NCBI GenBank assembly: GCA_963817915.1
Contig: CAWFQL010000016.1
Location: 192,001-256,000, forward strand
Source: an uncultured candidate division Zixibacteria bacterium
Lineage (GTDB): Bacteria; Zixibacteria; MSB-5A5; UBA10806
Length of the DNA stretch: 64,000 nt
Reading direction: 5' to 3'
This document shows, piece after piece, positions 37,283-46,868 of the stretch. The stretch's first letter is position 1, and every line of letters starts with the position of its first letter. A program made the position numbers and the translations under genes. The notes under the pieces were generated by a model, which was not told the origin of the DNA, did not search any database, and saw nothing but the letters and a program-made list of their open reading frames with translations.

Positions 37283-37774
37283 ATGATGGATATCAAAGAC
37301 ACAATAATACTGGATTTTGCCAAGCTTTGGCTGGCGCATGACGGCCTCTGGTTTCAGGCAGTCGAAAATGAATATGGTCTCGAGGCCGCTATCATGCTCG
37401 ATGCCATCGCCTGGAGCAAGTTTTCGCCGTTGGAAGCACAGCGGATTCTCGAACGGCTTGGCAAAAAGCCGGGCGGCGGACTTGATCTGCTGGCGGAAGC
37501 GCTAGACCAAAGGCTCTATGCCCATTTGAATAAGCAGCGGGTGGTCGAACAAACCGATGGTAAATTGATTTTCGAAATGAATAGCTGTCGAGTTCAGGAT
37601 GCTCGCCATCGCAAGCAATTGGCGCCATTCCCGTGCAAGGAAGTCGGAATAGTGGAATATTCGACATTCGCCAAGGCGATTGATCCGAGAATCGAAACTC
37701 GCTGCCTGCATTGCCCGCCGGATGAGTACAATGGCGAATACTGGTGCCGGTGGGAATTTTCGATTTCCAAGTAG
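37283..37774 (+). CDS. DUF6125-type protein (V4R/ATC-hydrolase-like fold)
   Basis: WLAHDGLWFQAVE, CRVQDAR..FPCK, CLHCPPD...WCRWEF. Confidence 0.75.
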   Translation: MMDIKDTIILDFAKLWLAHDGLWFQAVENEYGLEAAIMLDAIAWSKFSPLEAQRILERLGKKPGGGLDLLAEALDQRLYAHLNKQRVVEQTDGKLIFEMNSCRVQDARHRKQLAPFPCKEVGIVEYSTFAKAIDPRIETRCLHCPPDEYNGEYWCRWEFSISK

Positions 37775-38004
37775 GAATTTCATCCATAAAATATCATATT
37801 ACTATCCTATTATTTTAATGTTAAATCTTTCTTGACAAGCCAATATATTAAGTTTTACTTGCCGAAAAATACGCAGAGTTCGGAGATATTTTCTCGAACA
37901 TATTAGCGAATTTTTCTTTGGCAAGTTAAGAAGTGGCATCAAGAGACCGATTCTAAGAAAAATGGATATAAGTCGTATTATTCAAAAGATATGGAGGAAC
38001 AGGG

Positions 38005-38187
38005 TTGGCTTACAAAATTACTGAGGAATGCATCATGTGCGATGCCTGTCTGCCCGAATGCCCTCAAGAGGCAATAACGTTAGGCAATCCCAAATACAAG
38101 GTCAATGTCGAGCTCTGCGATGACTGCGGAAGTTGCGCCGAGGTTTGCCCTATCGAAGCTTGTCTCCCTATAGATGATGACGATTAA
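38005..38187 (+). CDS. 2[4Fe-4S] ferredoxin
   Basis: CIMCDACLPECP and CDDCGSCAEVCP; GGAGG RBS, TTG start. Confidence 0.92.
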   Translation: MAYKITEECIMCDACLPECPQEAITLGNPKYKVNVELCDDCGSCAEVCPIEACLPIDDDD

Positions 38188-38220
38188 CGCCTGAAACTGG
38201 CATCTCAGCATATAGAAAAT

Positions 38221-38258
38221 AATACCGGAGGACACTTGAGTTCTTCGGTATTTATTTA
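38221..38258 (+). terminator. Intrinsic terminator of the ferredoxin gene
   Basis: AATACCGGAGGAC-ACTTGA-GTTCTTCGGTATT-TATTT. Confidence 0.65.
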
Positions 38259-38341
38259 TAATATACACTGATGATAGAAATTAATAATGTTCGTAATCTG
38301 ATTGTTGATATTTGGGCCGCGAAATCGAGCGATAAAGTAAA

Positions 38342-40216
38342 ATGATTGTTGCCGGTTTTTCTTCTATCCTTAAATCATACCAGGGAAAAGTGATTCTCAG
38401 GGGCGCGTCAGGCGCGGTGAAAGAGGGCGAACGAATCGCGCTTTTGGGAGTCAATGGCAGTGGCAAGACAACCCTGCTCGATATCCTGGCAGGCCTTATA
38501 GATTGTGATTCGGGTAGTGTCGATATCCCCAACGCGGTTAGAAAAGGCTATCTCCCGCAGACTATCGAAATCACAAGCGGCGGGCCATTGTTCAATTATG
38601 TCCTCGAAGGATTGGGGGATTTAATTTCAATGCATAGTAGGCTGGACGAGTTGCACAACCTTCTCGAAGTACGGCATGATGAACCGTTATTGCTGAAAGA
38701 GCTTGGGAATCTTCAGGATAAATTCGATAAGGCGGGCGGGTATGACATGGAAACCAAGGCGCATGAGGTGCTGAATGGCCTTGGATTCGATCCGGAAGAC
38801 CATCAGATGGATATCCGTACGCTATCTGGGGGCCAGCGCAACAGGGCCGCGTTGGCAAGAACTCTGATAGGCAAACCGGACTTATTGCTTTTGGATGAGC
38901 CGACCAACCACCTCGATATATCCGGATTAGAATTTTTGGAAAATCATTTAAATTCGTTTCGCGGCGGAGTCATTTTTGTCTCACACGATAGAGCGTTTAT
39001 TCATAAAGCCGCCACCACGATTTGGGAAATGGTCGCCGGTAGAATAATTTCTTATCCTGGCACTTACGAAAATTATCTGACAGAACGAGAAAAACGTCTG
39101 GAATCGATGCATAAAGCATTCGAGTCTCAAAAAGAATTCATAGAAAAAACCGAAGATTTCATCCGGCGGAATATCGCCGGCCAGAAAACCAAACAAGCCC
39201 AATCGCGCCGTCAGATGCTGAAAAAAATCGAACGACTCGAAAGACCCGGCGGCACAGATGAGATCAATGGTATCCGTTTCGCTGGCGCCGAGCGAAGCGC
39301 GCGGATTGTCATCAAATGCAAGCAAACGGATTTCTCCTATGATGGAACTCCATTTCTAAAAAATCTCGATTTCGAAATCGAGCGCGGTGACAGAATCGGA
39401 TTAGTCGGCCCCAATGGAAGCGGCAAGACGACAATTATCAGACTTATCATGGGGCAATTGGAACCGACCATTGGGCAAGTATATCTTGGGAAAAAACTGA
39501 CCACGGGATATTACGATCAGTTGGCCGAAAATCTAAAACAGGATTCAACCCCCCTCGCCACAATTTACGATATCAAGCGCGAATGGAACGAAGGGCAGGT
39601 TCGAGGATATCTTGCGAAATTTCTCTTCAGAGGCGATGACGTATTTCGTCGAATAGATTCATTCTCAGGCGGCGAACAATCCCGTCTGGCGCTGGCAAAA
39701 TTGATAGTCGGTGAGCCAAATTTTCTGGTACTCGATGAGCCGACCAATCATCTCGATATCCAGTCGCGTGAGGCATTGGAAGAAGCCTTATCGACATACA
39801 GCGGTACCGTGCTCTGCGTATCGCATGATAGATATTTCCTCGATGTTTTCGCCGACAAAATATTTGCATTGGAAAATGACGAGGTGAAAATATATCTCGG
39901 CAACTACTCGGAATACCGGGAAAAATATCTCCAGTTAAACCAGCAGCCAGCACCCACTGTTCGGAGGATCAAATCAACCCCACTGCCTCCTCCTCGAAAA
40001 AAAGATAAGCGAACTAACCCACAGGTAATCGAAAAACTCGAAAGCGATATTTCGCGTATCGAAATCAATCTCAATGAAATAGAAAATACTCTGGCCAATA
40101 CCGAAAATTCATCCGACTGGCAGAAGCTTTCCAGCCTCCTCAACGAGCGAGACAGGCTTTATGCCGAGTTGGAAGAGCTTTATCAAAAGCGGCAGGATAT
40201 CGATTTGCCTCAATAA
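38342..40216 (+). CDS. ABC-F family ribosome-associated ATPase
   Basis: Two NBDs (GVNGSGKT/LSGGQ/DEPTNHLD; GPNGSGKT/FSGGE/DEPTNHLD), inter-domain linker, C-terminal coiled coil, no TM. Confidence 0.93.
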   Translation: MIVAGFSSILKSYQGKVILRGASGAVKEGERIALLGVNGSGKTTLLDILAGLIDCDSGSVDIPNAVRKGYLPQTIEITSGGPLFNYVLEGLGDLISMHSRLDELHNLLEVRHDEPLLLKELGNLQDKFDKAGGYDMETKAHEVLNGLGFDPEDHQMDIRTLSGGQRNRAALARTLIGKPDLLLLDEPTNHLDISGLEFLENHLNSFRGGVIFVSHDRAFIHKAATTIWEMVAGRIISYPGTYENYLTEREKRLESMHKAFESQKEFIEKTEDFIRRNIAGQKTKQAQSRRQMLKKIERLERPGGTDEINGIRFAGAERSARIVIKCKQTDFSYDGTPFLKNLDFEIERGDRIGLVGPNGSGKTTIIRLIMGQLEPTIGQVYLGKKLTTGYYDQLAENLKQDSTPLATIYDIKREWNEGQVRGYLAKFLFRGDDVFRRIDSFSGGEQSRLALAKLIVGEPNFLVLDEPTNHLDIQSREALEEALSTYSGTVLCVSHDRYFLDVFADKIFALENDEVKIYLGNYSEYREKYLQLNQQPAPTVRRIKSTPLPPPRKKDKRTNPQVIEKLESDISRIEINLNEIENTLANTENSSDWQKLSSLLNERDRLYAELEELYQKRQDIDLPQ

Positions 40217-40311
40217 AATTAAGCAAATTCAATATCTATAGTTTATTTTCAGGCCCGAATTTATTATATAGTCCTTGTTGACAACATGTCTTTCGGAGAA
40301 ATGGAGATATT

Positions 40312-41415
40312 ATGCTTGACCCTCGAATTGAAAAATATGCAGACGTCCTTTTGAATTACTGCATAAAATTGAAAAAAGGAGAAATAGCGATTTTGGCCGC
40401 TACTCCTCTGGCGACTGATTTGGTGAAGGAGCTATTCAGGCAATCGCTTCTAATAGGAGCGTATCCTACCACGAGGATAGTCCTGGAAGGTATCGACGAA
40501 ATATTCTTTAAGAATGCCTCAAAAGAGCAATTGGAATTTGTGTCGCCTATAAGAAAATTCGAAATAGAAAAAGTTGATGCTTTGGTTTCTATTATGTCGA
40601 GCTACAATACGAAAGCCCTTTCAAATATCGATCCCAAAAAACAAGCCCTGAACCAAAAATCAAATTCCGGTATTATGAGAAGACTGATGGAGAGAACCGC
40701 CAAGGAAGAATGCACCTGGGTTGGATGTCTTTATCCAACATTCGCGTCGGCACAGGATGCCGGGATGTCACTTGTCGATTACGAGAATTTTGTTTTCGGC
40801 GCCTGCATGCTTGATAAAAAAGACCCGGTCGCGGAATGGCGTAAGGTCTCTAAATATAATTCCAGCTTGATAAAATATCTTTCCCGCAAAAAGAGTATCC
40901 GAGTTGTCGCACCCGATACTGATCTGACTTACAAGGTAACCGGCCGCAAATGGTTGAATTGCGATGGCTCTAATAATTTCCCGGATGGAGAGGTATTTAC
41001 GGGACCATTAGAGGATTCCGCCAACGGTCATATAAGATTCTCGTTCCCTGCAATCTACGCCGGGAGAGAAGTCGAAGATGTGCGGATCGAATTTAAGGAT
41101 GGAAAAGCGATAAAGGCCACTGCGGTCAAGGGCGAGAAATTTCTCAATACTATGCTCGACATGGATAAGGGAGCGCGGTATCTGGGCGAAGTTGCTATCG
41201 GTACCAATCATGGTATCCAGAAATTCACCAGGAATATACTTTTCGATGAAAAAATCGGCGGCACAGTCCATATGGCATTGGGACAATCATACCCCGAAAG
41301 CGGCGGCAAAAATAAATCAGGGCTTCATTGGGACTTGTTATGCGATTTACGCAAATCCGGCGAGTTATATGCCGATGGCGAACTGTTTTTCAAAAATGGA
41401 AAATTTCTGAAATAA
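40312..41415 (+). CDS. M29 aminopeptidase (AmpS/aminopeptidase T-like)
   Basis: NFPDGEVFT, GEVAIG, ILFDEKIGGTVHMALG, SGLHWD. Confidence 0.93.
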   Translation: MLDPRIEKYADVLLNYCIKLKKGEIAILAATPLATDLVKELFRQSLLIGAYPTTRIVLEGIDEIFFKNASKEQLEFVSPIRKFEIEKVDALVSIMSSYNTKALSNIDPKKQALNQKSNSGIMRRLMERTAKEECTWVGCLYPTFASAQDAGMSLVDYENFVFGACMLDKKDPVAEWRKVSKYNSSLIKYLSRKKSIRVVAPDTDLTYKVTGRKWLNCDGSNNFPDGEVFTGPLEDSANGHIRFSFPAIYAGREVEDVRIEFKDGKAIKATAVKGEKFLNTMLDMDKGARYLGEVAIGTNHGIQKFTRNILFDEKIGGTVHMALGQSYPESGGKNKSGLHWDLLCDLRKSGELYADGELFFKNGKFLK

Positions 41416-41454
41416 TTATAAATATTCGTCTAAGCTGATTTGCCATTGCGCATC

Positions 41455-42909
41455 TTAATCTATCGGCAATGTAAATTCCACGACGGCGCCATTGTCGTTG
41501 TAGAATTTAATCTGGCCGCCATGTTCTTTGATTATTTTTTCGATTATGACCAGTCCCAGACCAGTGCCTCGTTTTTTCGATGTAATATAAGGCTGATCGA
41601 TCTTTTCAAGCTTTTCCCTGGGAAATCCCGGACCGTTGTCCTTGAAAATTATATTTATATTGTTTGACTGTTTGCTGACATCTATAGTGGCTTCAATATC
41701 TTTTTGCGATGCTTCGATACTGTTTTTTAGGAGATTATTGAATACTCGTGTAATCATTTGCTGATCGATACTTATTGATGGCAGGTTGTCGGGAATATTA
41801 ATTTTAATTGAGATCCTCTGGGACCCCGAATAAGACTGCGCGCAATTTTCGATTAGCTGCTTCAGAGAGCATTTCGATTTTTTTAACTCAGGCTCCCTGG
41901 CAAATGTAGCAAATTGATCGGCCAAATCCTGAAGAATCGTAATTTGATTTTGAATTGAATTCAAAGCCTGTTCGGTCTTTTCACCAGTTACCTTTTGGAT
42001 ATCGCCGCAAATTTCCCGAAGCCTGTATATTTCGATATTAATCGGAGTCAAAGGATTTCTGATTTCGTGGGCAATTCTCCGAGCTACCTCGCGCCAAGCG
42101 ACTAACCTCTGCATCTCCATCATCTTCTTCTGGTTTTCGCTGATTTCTAACGCCATCTTATTGAATGAATCAGCTAAATTAGAAAATTCGTCATCGCCGG
42201 CGAGTTCTACCTTGAAATCGAGGTTGCCTGCTCCTATCTGACGGGCGCCATTGCCGAGCACGACGAGCGGTTTCGATAGCTGCTTGCTGACAACGGCCGA
42301 CACTGCCAGGCCCGCAAATACGACCAGCCCCATGGCCATCAGAGTGGACAAGCCAAGCAGCTTCAATGATAGCTTACGATACATTTCAAGACCGCTGGAG
42401 GCCGCTACCGCCAGGGCCAATCTCTGCCCGCTCTCCGCATATCCAGCGGGCATAAGAATGGCGCATCCAATTTCAGATAAAGAATCTCCACGGGCCGCCG
42501 CAAGAAAGAAACGGCCATCGATATTCAAATGAAAGAAGCCTGATTTGCCCTTCAATTCCAACCAGAGGGAATTGGCATCAATTTGGATTGAATCGTTTAA
42601 TGCAAATAGAGTGTCGGCATTGCTTATTCTGAATGCCAGATCGACATTGTTTTCATGCGCCCATTTTAAAAGGCCGGAATTATCGGATATCGCAAAGCCC
42701 GGCTGCAATTTATCAACCAATACAGCAGATAACCTATTTTGCGATTGCTCTATCATCTGTTCGGCGTTTTCGAGGTTTTTCTCCAACGCTCCCGCGCCTA
42801 CTTTATTCAAAGTCGAATTGAGAAGGCTAAACGATAATGCCATTATCAAAATTACCGGAATCAGACCCACCGATAATATGATGATGAATATCCGCCTGCG
42901 AAATGACAT
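41455..42909 (-). CDS. Membrane sensor histidine kinase (HAMP, NtrY-like), no adjacent response regulator
   Basis: Two TMs, HAMP, AWREVARRIAHEIRNPLTPI, NLLKNS, DNGPG, GTGLGL. Confidence 0.9.
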   Translation of the reverse strand: MSFRRRIFIIILSVGLIPVILIMALSFSLLNSTLNKVGAGALEKNLENAEQMIEQSQNRLSAVLVDKLQPGFAISDNSGLLKWAHENNVDLAFRISNADTLFALNDSIQIDANSLWLELKGKSGFFHLNIDGRFFLAAARGDSLSEIGCAILMPAGYAESGQRLALAVAASSGLEMYRKLSLKLLGLSTLMAMGLVVFAGLAVSAVVSKQLSKPLVVLGNGARQIGAGNLDFKVELAGDDEFSNLADSFNKMALEISENQKKMMEMQRLVAWREVARRIAHEIRNPLTPINIEIYRLREICGDIQKVTGEKTEQALNSIQNQITILQDLADQFATFAREPELKKSKCSLKQLIENCAQSYSGSQRISIKINIPDNLPSISIDQQMITRVFNNLLKNSIEASQKDIEATIDVSKQSNNINIIFKDNGPGFPREKLEKIDQPYITSKKRGTGLGLVIIEKIIKEHGGQIKFYNDNGAVVEFTLPID

Positions 42910-42999
42910 AAGTATTAATTAGCCTTTAATTCCGTGCGATGTCAATCCTGAATTGATAGTTGGTATTAGTAAGGAAGATAAGACTGGGTGCCGATCAAT

Positions 43000-45900
43000 T
43001 TAATAAATCTTGTATATGGCTGAAAATGCCCAATAATACGGCAGGCCATTATAAATGCCATAATTATATGAATTTGCCTCGCCGACAGCCTTGGTCAATT
43101 CTATGCCATCCCGCAGATCAGTAAGCAATTTCCAAAAATAGTATGACAATGATTGTTCCGGAATTGACCAAAGAGGTTTAAGATATGAATCGAATCCATC
43201 TCTGCCAGCCAGCATTATTTCCAAGGCAATTTCCTTGCTTTTAGTCATTGAGTCTCGCGGAATTTCGCTTATAATCGAATTTGACCGGTTAATATTTTCT
43301 CCGGCAATATTTAGATATGAGCGACCGCTGATAATAATCTTTCCATAATGTTCATTACATTTACCGACCGCCTCCGCGATTCCCATAATCGCCAGCGTGG
43401 CATTATCGCTTGACGCGCTGGTGTCAATAAAGCAAGGCATGGTTTTTAAGCTTTTTCGAGTTACCGTCTTGCCGGGAAGTCCAATGGCTCTTGTTATTGA
43501 ATACATATCGGCCAGGTATGCGGCTCCGGGCCTCTTTAACGCCTCAAACGGAAATGCCATCCACTCGAAATCAGGACAAATTATCAAATCGGTTTTTTGC
43601 TCCAATTGCTTTTCGAATGGCAAAATCAGAACATTATACCAGTATTCCAACGCTGAATCAGCGCGACTCTGATATTTCATAACTTCTGAAAAAGAACCAA
43701 TATCCCTATTTATCGAAGCAGTATCTTTCGACACGCTGCTATGTATCAATGTATCCTCGTCAATGTAAAACAACTCAAGCTCAGTCGGTGTTTGATAAAG
43801 CCTTATTACCGCATTATTGCCGTTCAATTTTGTTTGCAGATCACTCAGGCTTCCGCCATACCCGGCCCAGAGCGCGATTCTACTGTTATTTTCTCCACCG
43901 GATTTTGTAAGATAATTCGAGTAATTTCCTGATGAATCATTTTCAAATAATTTTATGCTTTTGTCCAGGATCGATTCATCGACACTATCATACCTGCCAA
44001 TCAAAATATTTTCCTCTGCCAGCTCGCGCACGAAGCCGACTTCAAAATAAGCCAATGACGAAGATAGATCGCGAATTTCAATTTTATATGCAGCATAATC
44101 ATCATAAAATTGCGCGATGTTGCCATCGAGAAAATATTTATTCCTGAAGTAACCTGATTCAGTCGGAATTATCCTAACAATCGAATCAGCGCTCGCCAAG
44201 TATTTTTCTAATTGCGGTCCCTTAAGCGATTTCCCCATGTGGTAATATGCACGCCATTTCAAAAAGCGTGTAACGGCAGGGTTATTATGTTCGGCCGCGG
44301 CCAAAAATAATTCGTTCGCTTTGTTTTGATCGCCGCGCTTTTCATTTAGTAAGGCCAATTGATATTGACAGAGAGAGCGCATGAATTCGTCCGATGTGGA
44401 ATCTGATATACTCTGAAAAAGCGAATCGGCTTTCTCGCCAAGGCTCGCACGAGTAGCTGCCTGCTTAAACTCTAAAATATAGTCCTTTTCAGCCAGCGAA
44501 TCGGATTTGATATATTCCAACGCTAATCTGTATTGTTCGAGCGCACTTTTGTAATCGTTCTTCTGGCGGAGAATATCGCCGATTTGCTCATAGATACTAT
44601 GGTATGTTGGCCTCGAATCGCCGGTAGCCGTTGCCAACGCCTTTTGGGCATAAAACCAAGCCGAATCCGTCTTATCAAACCATTGATATATTTCACTCCT
44701 CTCAAGACTGCCCTGAATACCATAATATTTACTATCCGGCAGGCCTTCCAATTGAGTCAGAGCTTTTCGCGGATTGCTATTCAATAGATAAGAATGGCTC
44801 AAGAGCAGTCTGCTTCTAAAAACCGAGAATGAGTCTCCAGAAGTTTGCGAATATTTGTAAGCGTCCTGCAAAATTGTATTTTCTCGACCATAATAATAAA
44901 GAGCATTATATATTTTCGATATTGCGGACGAGACACGATAGGCATTGCGATAATCATTATTATCCAGATATGGCTGCAATGATTTCGAATAATTCGCCCC
45001 GGCTTCAGCATAATTATTCTCCATATAAAATGACTGACCGAGCGTGAAATAGGAAGCCGCCTTTAATGTATCATCATTCGCCCCCTCGGCCAAATTTACT
45101 GCCAGAATTGCATACTTTTTCATATCGTCAGGCTTTTTTAAGTCACTATAATATCGAGCGAAATCCAAATATCCTCTAACTACGATACTGGAATCACCTG
45201 ATTTAATACCGATATCGATCGATTTATTAAGCGCCAAGTATTCGTCATCGTACAGTTTCGCGTTGCGCGCGATTCGCGCGTAATCCTGCCACATTTTCGC
45301 CTGTGTATTCAATGGCCAAAACAAACCGTTTATCATTTCTTTTTGGCTGCTAAGGGCTTTGCGGGAATTGCCCGCTCTAAGATAGACTCCGACTGCGCGA
45401 TCCATCACGCTGTATTTGTCTGAAACCGATATTCCCGACCCTTGCCACTGAGCTAGCCCCGAATCATATAATCGTGCCGCCTTATTCCAATCTTTCAATG
45501 CGGCCGCGCTATCCGCTCTCGCGATCGCTTGTTTATACCATAAAGCTTTTATCGTTTGTTTGTCTTTCGAATTCCAGCCGTTATTTCCATAAAAACAGGC
45601 CTTTTCACTTTTAAAATTATTCAGGCCGGTCAATTTATAAGAAGTGTTAAATCCCTCAGCCGGACTCTGGGATTTTATTTTATCGAAAAAACTTAATAAA
45701 AATTCATTATATTGATTTTTCGAAAGGGAATCTGATAATGTTATTATGGCTCCGATACCGTTGGCCGAAAGTGATTTAAGTATCAGCCATTTATCGGCAG
45801 CTCTATTGATTTCGGGGAAGCCGGTAATAATCAATCCAAATCCATCGGTCGAGAATTTGATAATATCTTTCACATAGAATCTTTGTCTACTACTATCCGA

Positions 45901-46380
45901 ACCATCCAGCGAATATTCCCAAAATGATAGCAGCGGATTTTCGCTATCATAATTTAGATGACCATCGATGACGATCCATCCAATGCCATTTATACTATTG
46001 CCGGCTATCAAAGTATCAGGGGCTATTTCTACTGAATTCAATGAATTGAGCTCGGCAGAATCCAATATTGAATCGTCGAATTTAATATGGCATATATTTT
46101 CGAGCGAGTAATTATTCCGGTTCTGCCACTCGAGGCAATCATTAATTGAATAGGCGCTTTTTATTGTCTTTTGCGGATAATATTTATACAGCAGGTTTCG
46201 TAGATATCCGCCGAAATTCCCTAACGATGAAACTATAACCGTTTGCTTTTTCTCTAATATTTTGGCTGCTGATGTTGGCAACGAATCGTTTGACCGATTT
46301 ACGACAAACGAATTGATGCTATCGTGATCGATGGCCAGGACTTTGATGCTATCGTTATAATCCACGGGGAGAAGATACAA
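43000..46380 (-). CDS. Fragment 4 of the giant TolB/TPR/CHAT protein: degenerate CHAT-like region, TPRs, C-terminal degenerate CHAT
   Basis: LSDLQTKL..AVIRLY, LIICPDFEWMAFPFEAL, YLADMYSI, LWSI, PYYWAF; frame open upstream to about 46440. Confidence 0.75.
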   Translation of the reverse strand: MYLLPVDYNDSIKVLAIDHDSINSFVVNRSNDSLPTSAAKILEKKQTVIVSSLGNFGGYLRNLLYKYYPQKTIKSAYSINDCLEWQNRNNYSLENICHIKFDDSILDSAELNSLNSVEIAPDTLIAGNSINGIGWIVIDGHLNYDSENPLLSFWEYSLDGSDSSRQRFYVKDIIKFSTDGFGLIITGFPEINRAADKWLILKSLSANGIGAIITLSDSLSKNQYNEFLLSFFDKIKSQSPAEGFNTSYKLTGLNNFKSEKACFYGNNGWNSKDKQTIKALWYKQAIARADSAAALKDWNKAARLYDSGLAQWQGSGISVSDKYSVMDRAVGVYLRAGNSRKALSSQKEMINGLFWPLNTQAKMWQDYARIARNAKLYDDEYLALNKSIDIGIKSGDSSIVVRGYLDFARYYSDLKKPDDMKKYAILAVNLAEGANDDTLKAASYFTLGQSFYMENNYAEAGANYSKSLQPYLDNNDYRNAYRVSSAISKIYNALYYYGRENTILQDAYKYSQTSGDSFSVFRSRLLLSHSYLLNSNPRKALTQLEGLPDSKYYGIQGSLERSEIYQWFDKTDSAWFYAQKALATATGDSRPTYHSIYEQIGDILRQKNDYKSALEQYRLALEYIKSDSLAEKDYILEFKQAATRASLGEKADSLFQSISDSTSDEFMRSLCQYQLALLNEKRGDQNKANELFLAAAEHNNPAVTRFLKWRAYYHMGKSLKGPQLEKYLASADSIVRIIPTESGYFRNKYFLDGNIAQFYDDYAAYKIEIRDLSSSLAYFEVGFVRELAEENILIGRYDSVDESILDKSIKLFENDSSGNYSNYLTKSGGENNSRIALWAGYGGSLSDLQTKLNGNNAVIRLYQTPTELELFYIDEDTLIHSSVSKDTASINRDIGSFSEVMKYQSRADSALEYWYNVLILPFEKQLEQKTDLIICPDFEWMAFPFEALKRPGAAYLADMYSITRAIGLPGKTVTRKSLKTMPCFIDTSASSDNATLAIMGIAEAVGKCNEHYGKIIISGRSYLNIAGENINRSNSIISEIPRDSMTKSKEIALEIMLAGRDGFDSYLKPLWSIPEQSLSYYFWKLLTDLRDGIELTKAVGEANSYNYGIYNGLPYYWAFSAIYKIY

Positions 46381-46387
46381 TTCATCA

Positions 46388-46750
46388 TTAGATATATTTT
46401 TCTGCAGTGAAATTGGAGATTCGGTTTCGAAATAGCAGGAAGGAGGCCAAGTTGGTATCGGCCGCGATCGCCTTATTCCTCATATCAGCAAGTCTTTGAT
46501 ATTGATGGGACAACTGATCACTGGTCTTTTTCAGTTCGATTTGCCCCTGGCTTCCAAGGTGTTCGAGCCGGCGTTTGGCCGATTTTAATTCGGTCAAACT
46601 ATTCGTATAATCCTTAACCTGATTGATATAGACCGAAAACAGTTTGCTTCTTGAGTCCTGTAGAGGATACAAATCGGCCCTCGCCAGTAAATTATATTTG
46701 CACTGCCTTTCGATATAAGACAATGCATCGATCAAATTATCCTTTTGCAT
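46388..46750 (-). CDS. Fragment 3 of the giant TolB/TPR/CHAT protein
   Basis: Frame open upstream to about 47000 (..SLYDRAFLISMQKDNLIDALSYIER, a pre-CHAT helical motif). Confidence 0.65.
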   Translation of the reverse strand: MQKDNLIDALSYIERQCKYNLLARADLYPLQDSRSKLFSVYINQVKDYTNSLTELKSAKRRLEHLGSQGQIELKKTSDQLSHQYQRLADMRNKAIAADTNLASFLLFRNRISNFTAEKYI

Positions 46751-46868
46751 GGATATTAGAAACGCCCGGTCGTAAAGGCTATTGACGAATTGAATATCGT
46801 CCTGAATAATTTTCGAAGGGATAATGCTCTCGTAGGAATTTATGGCATCGTTGATAGAAGTGATTGAA

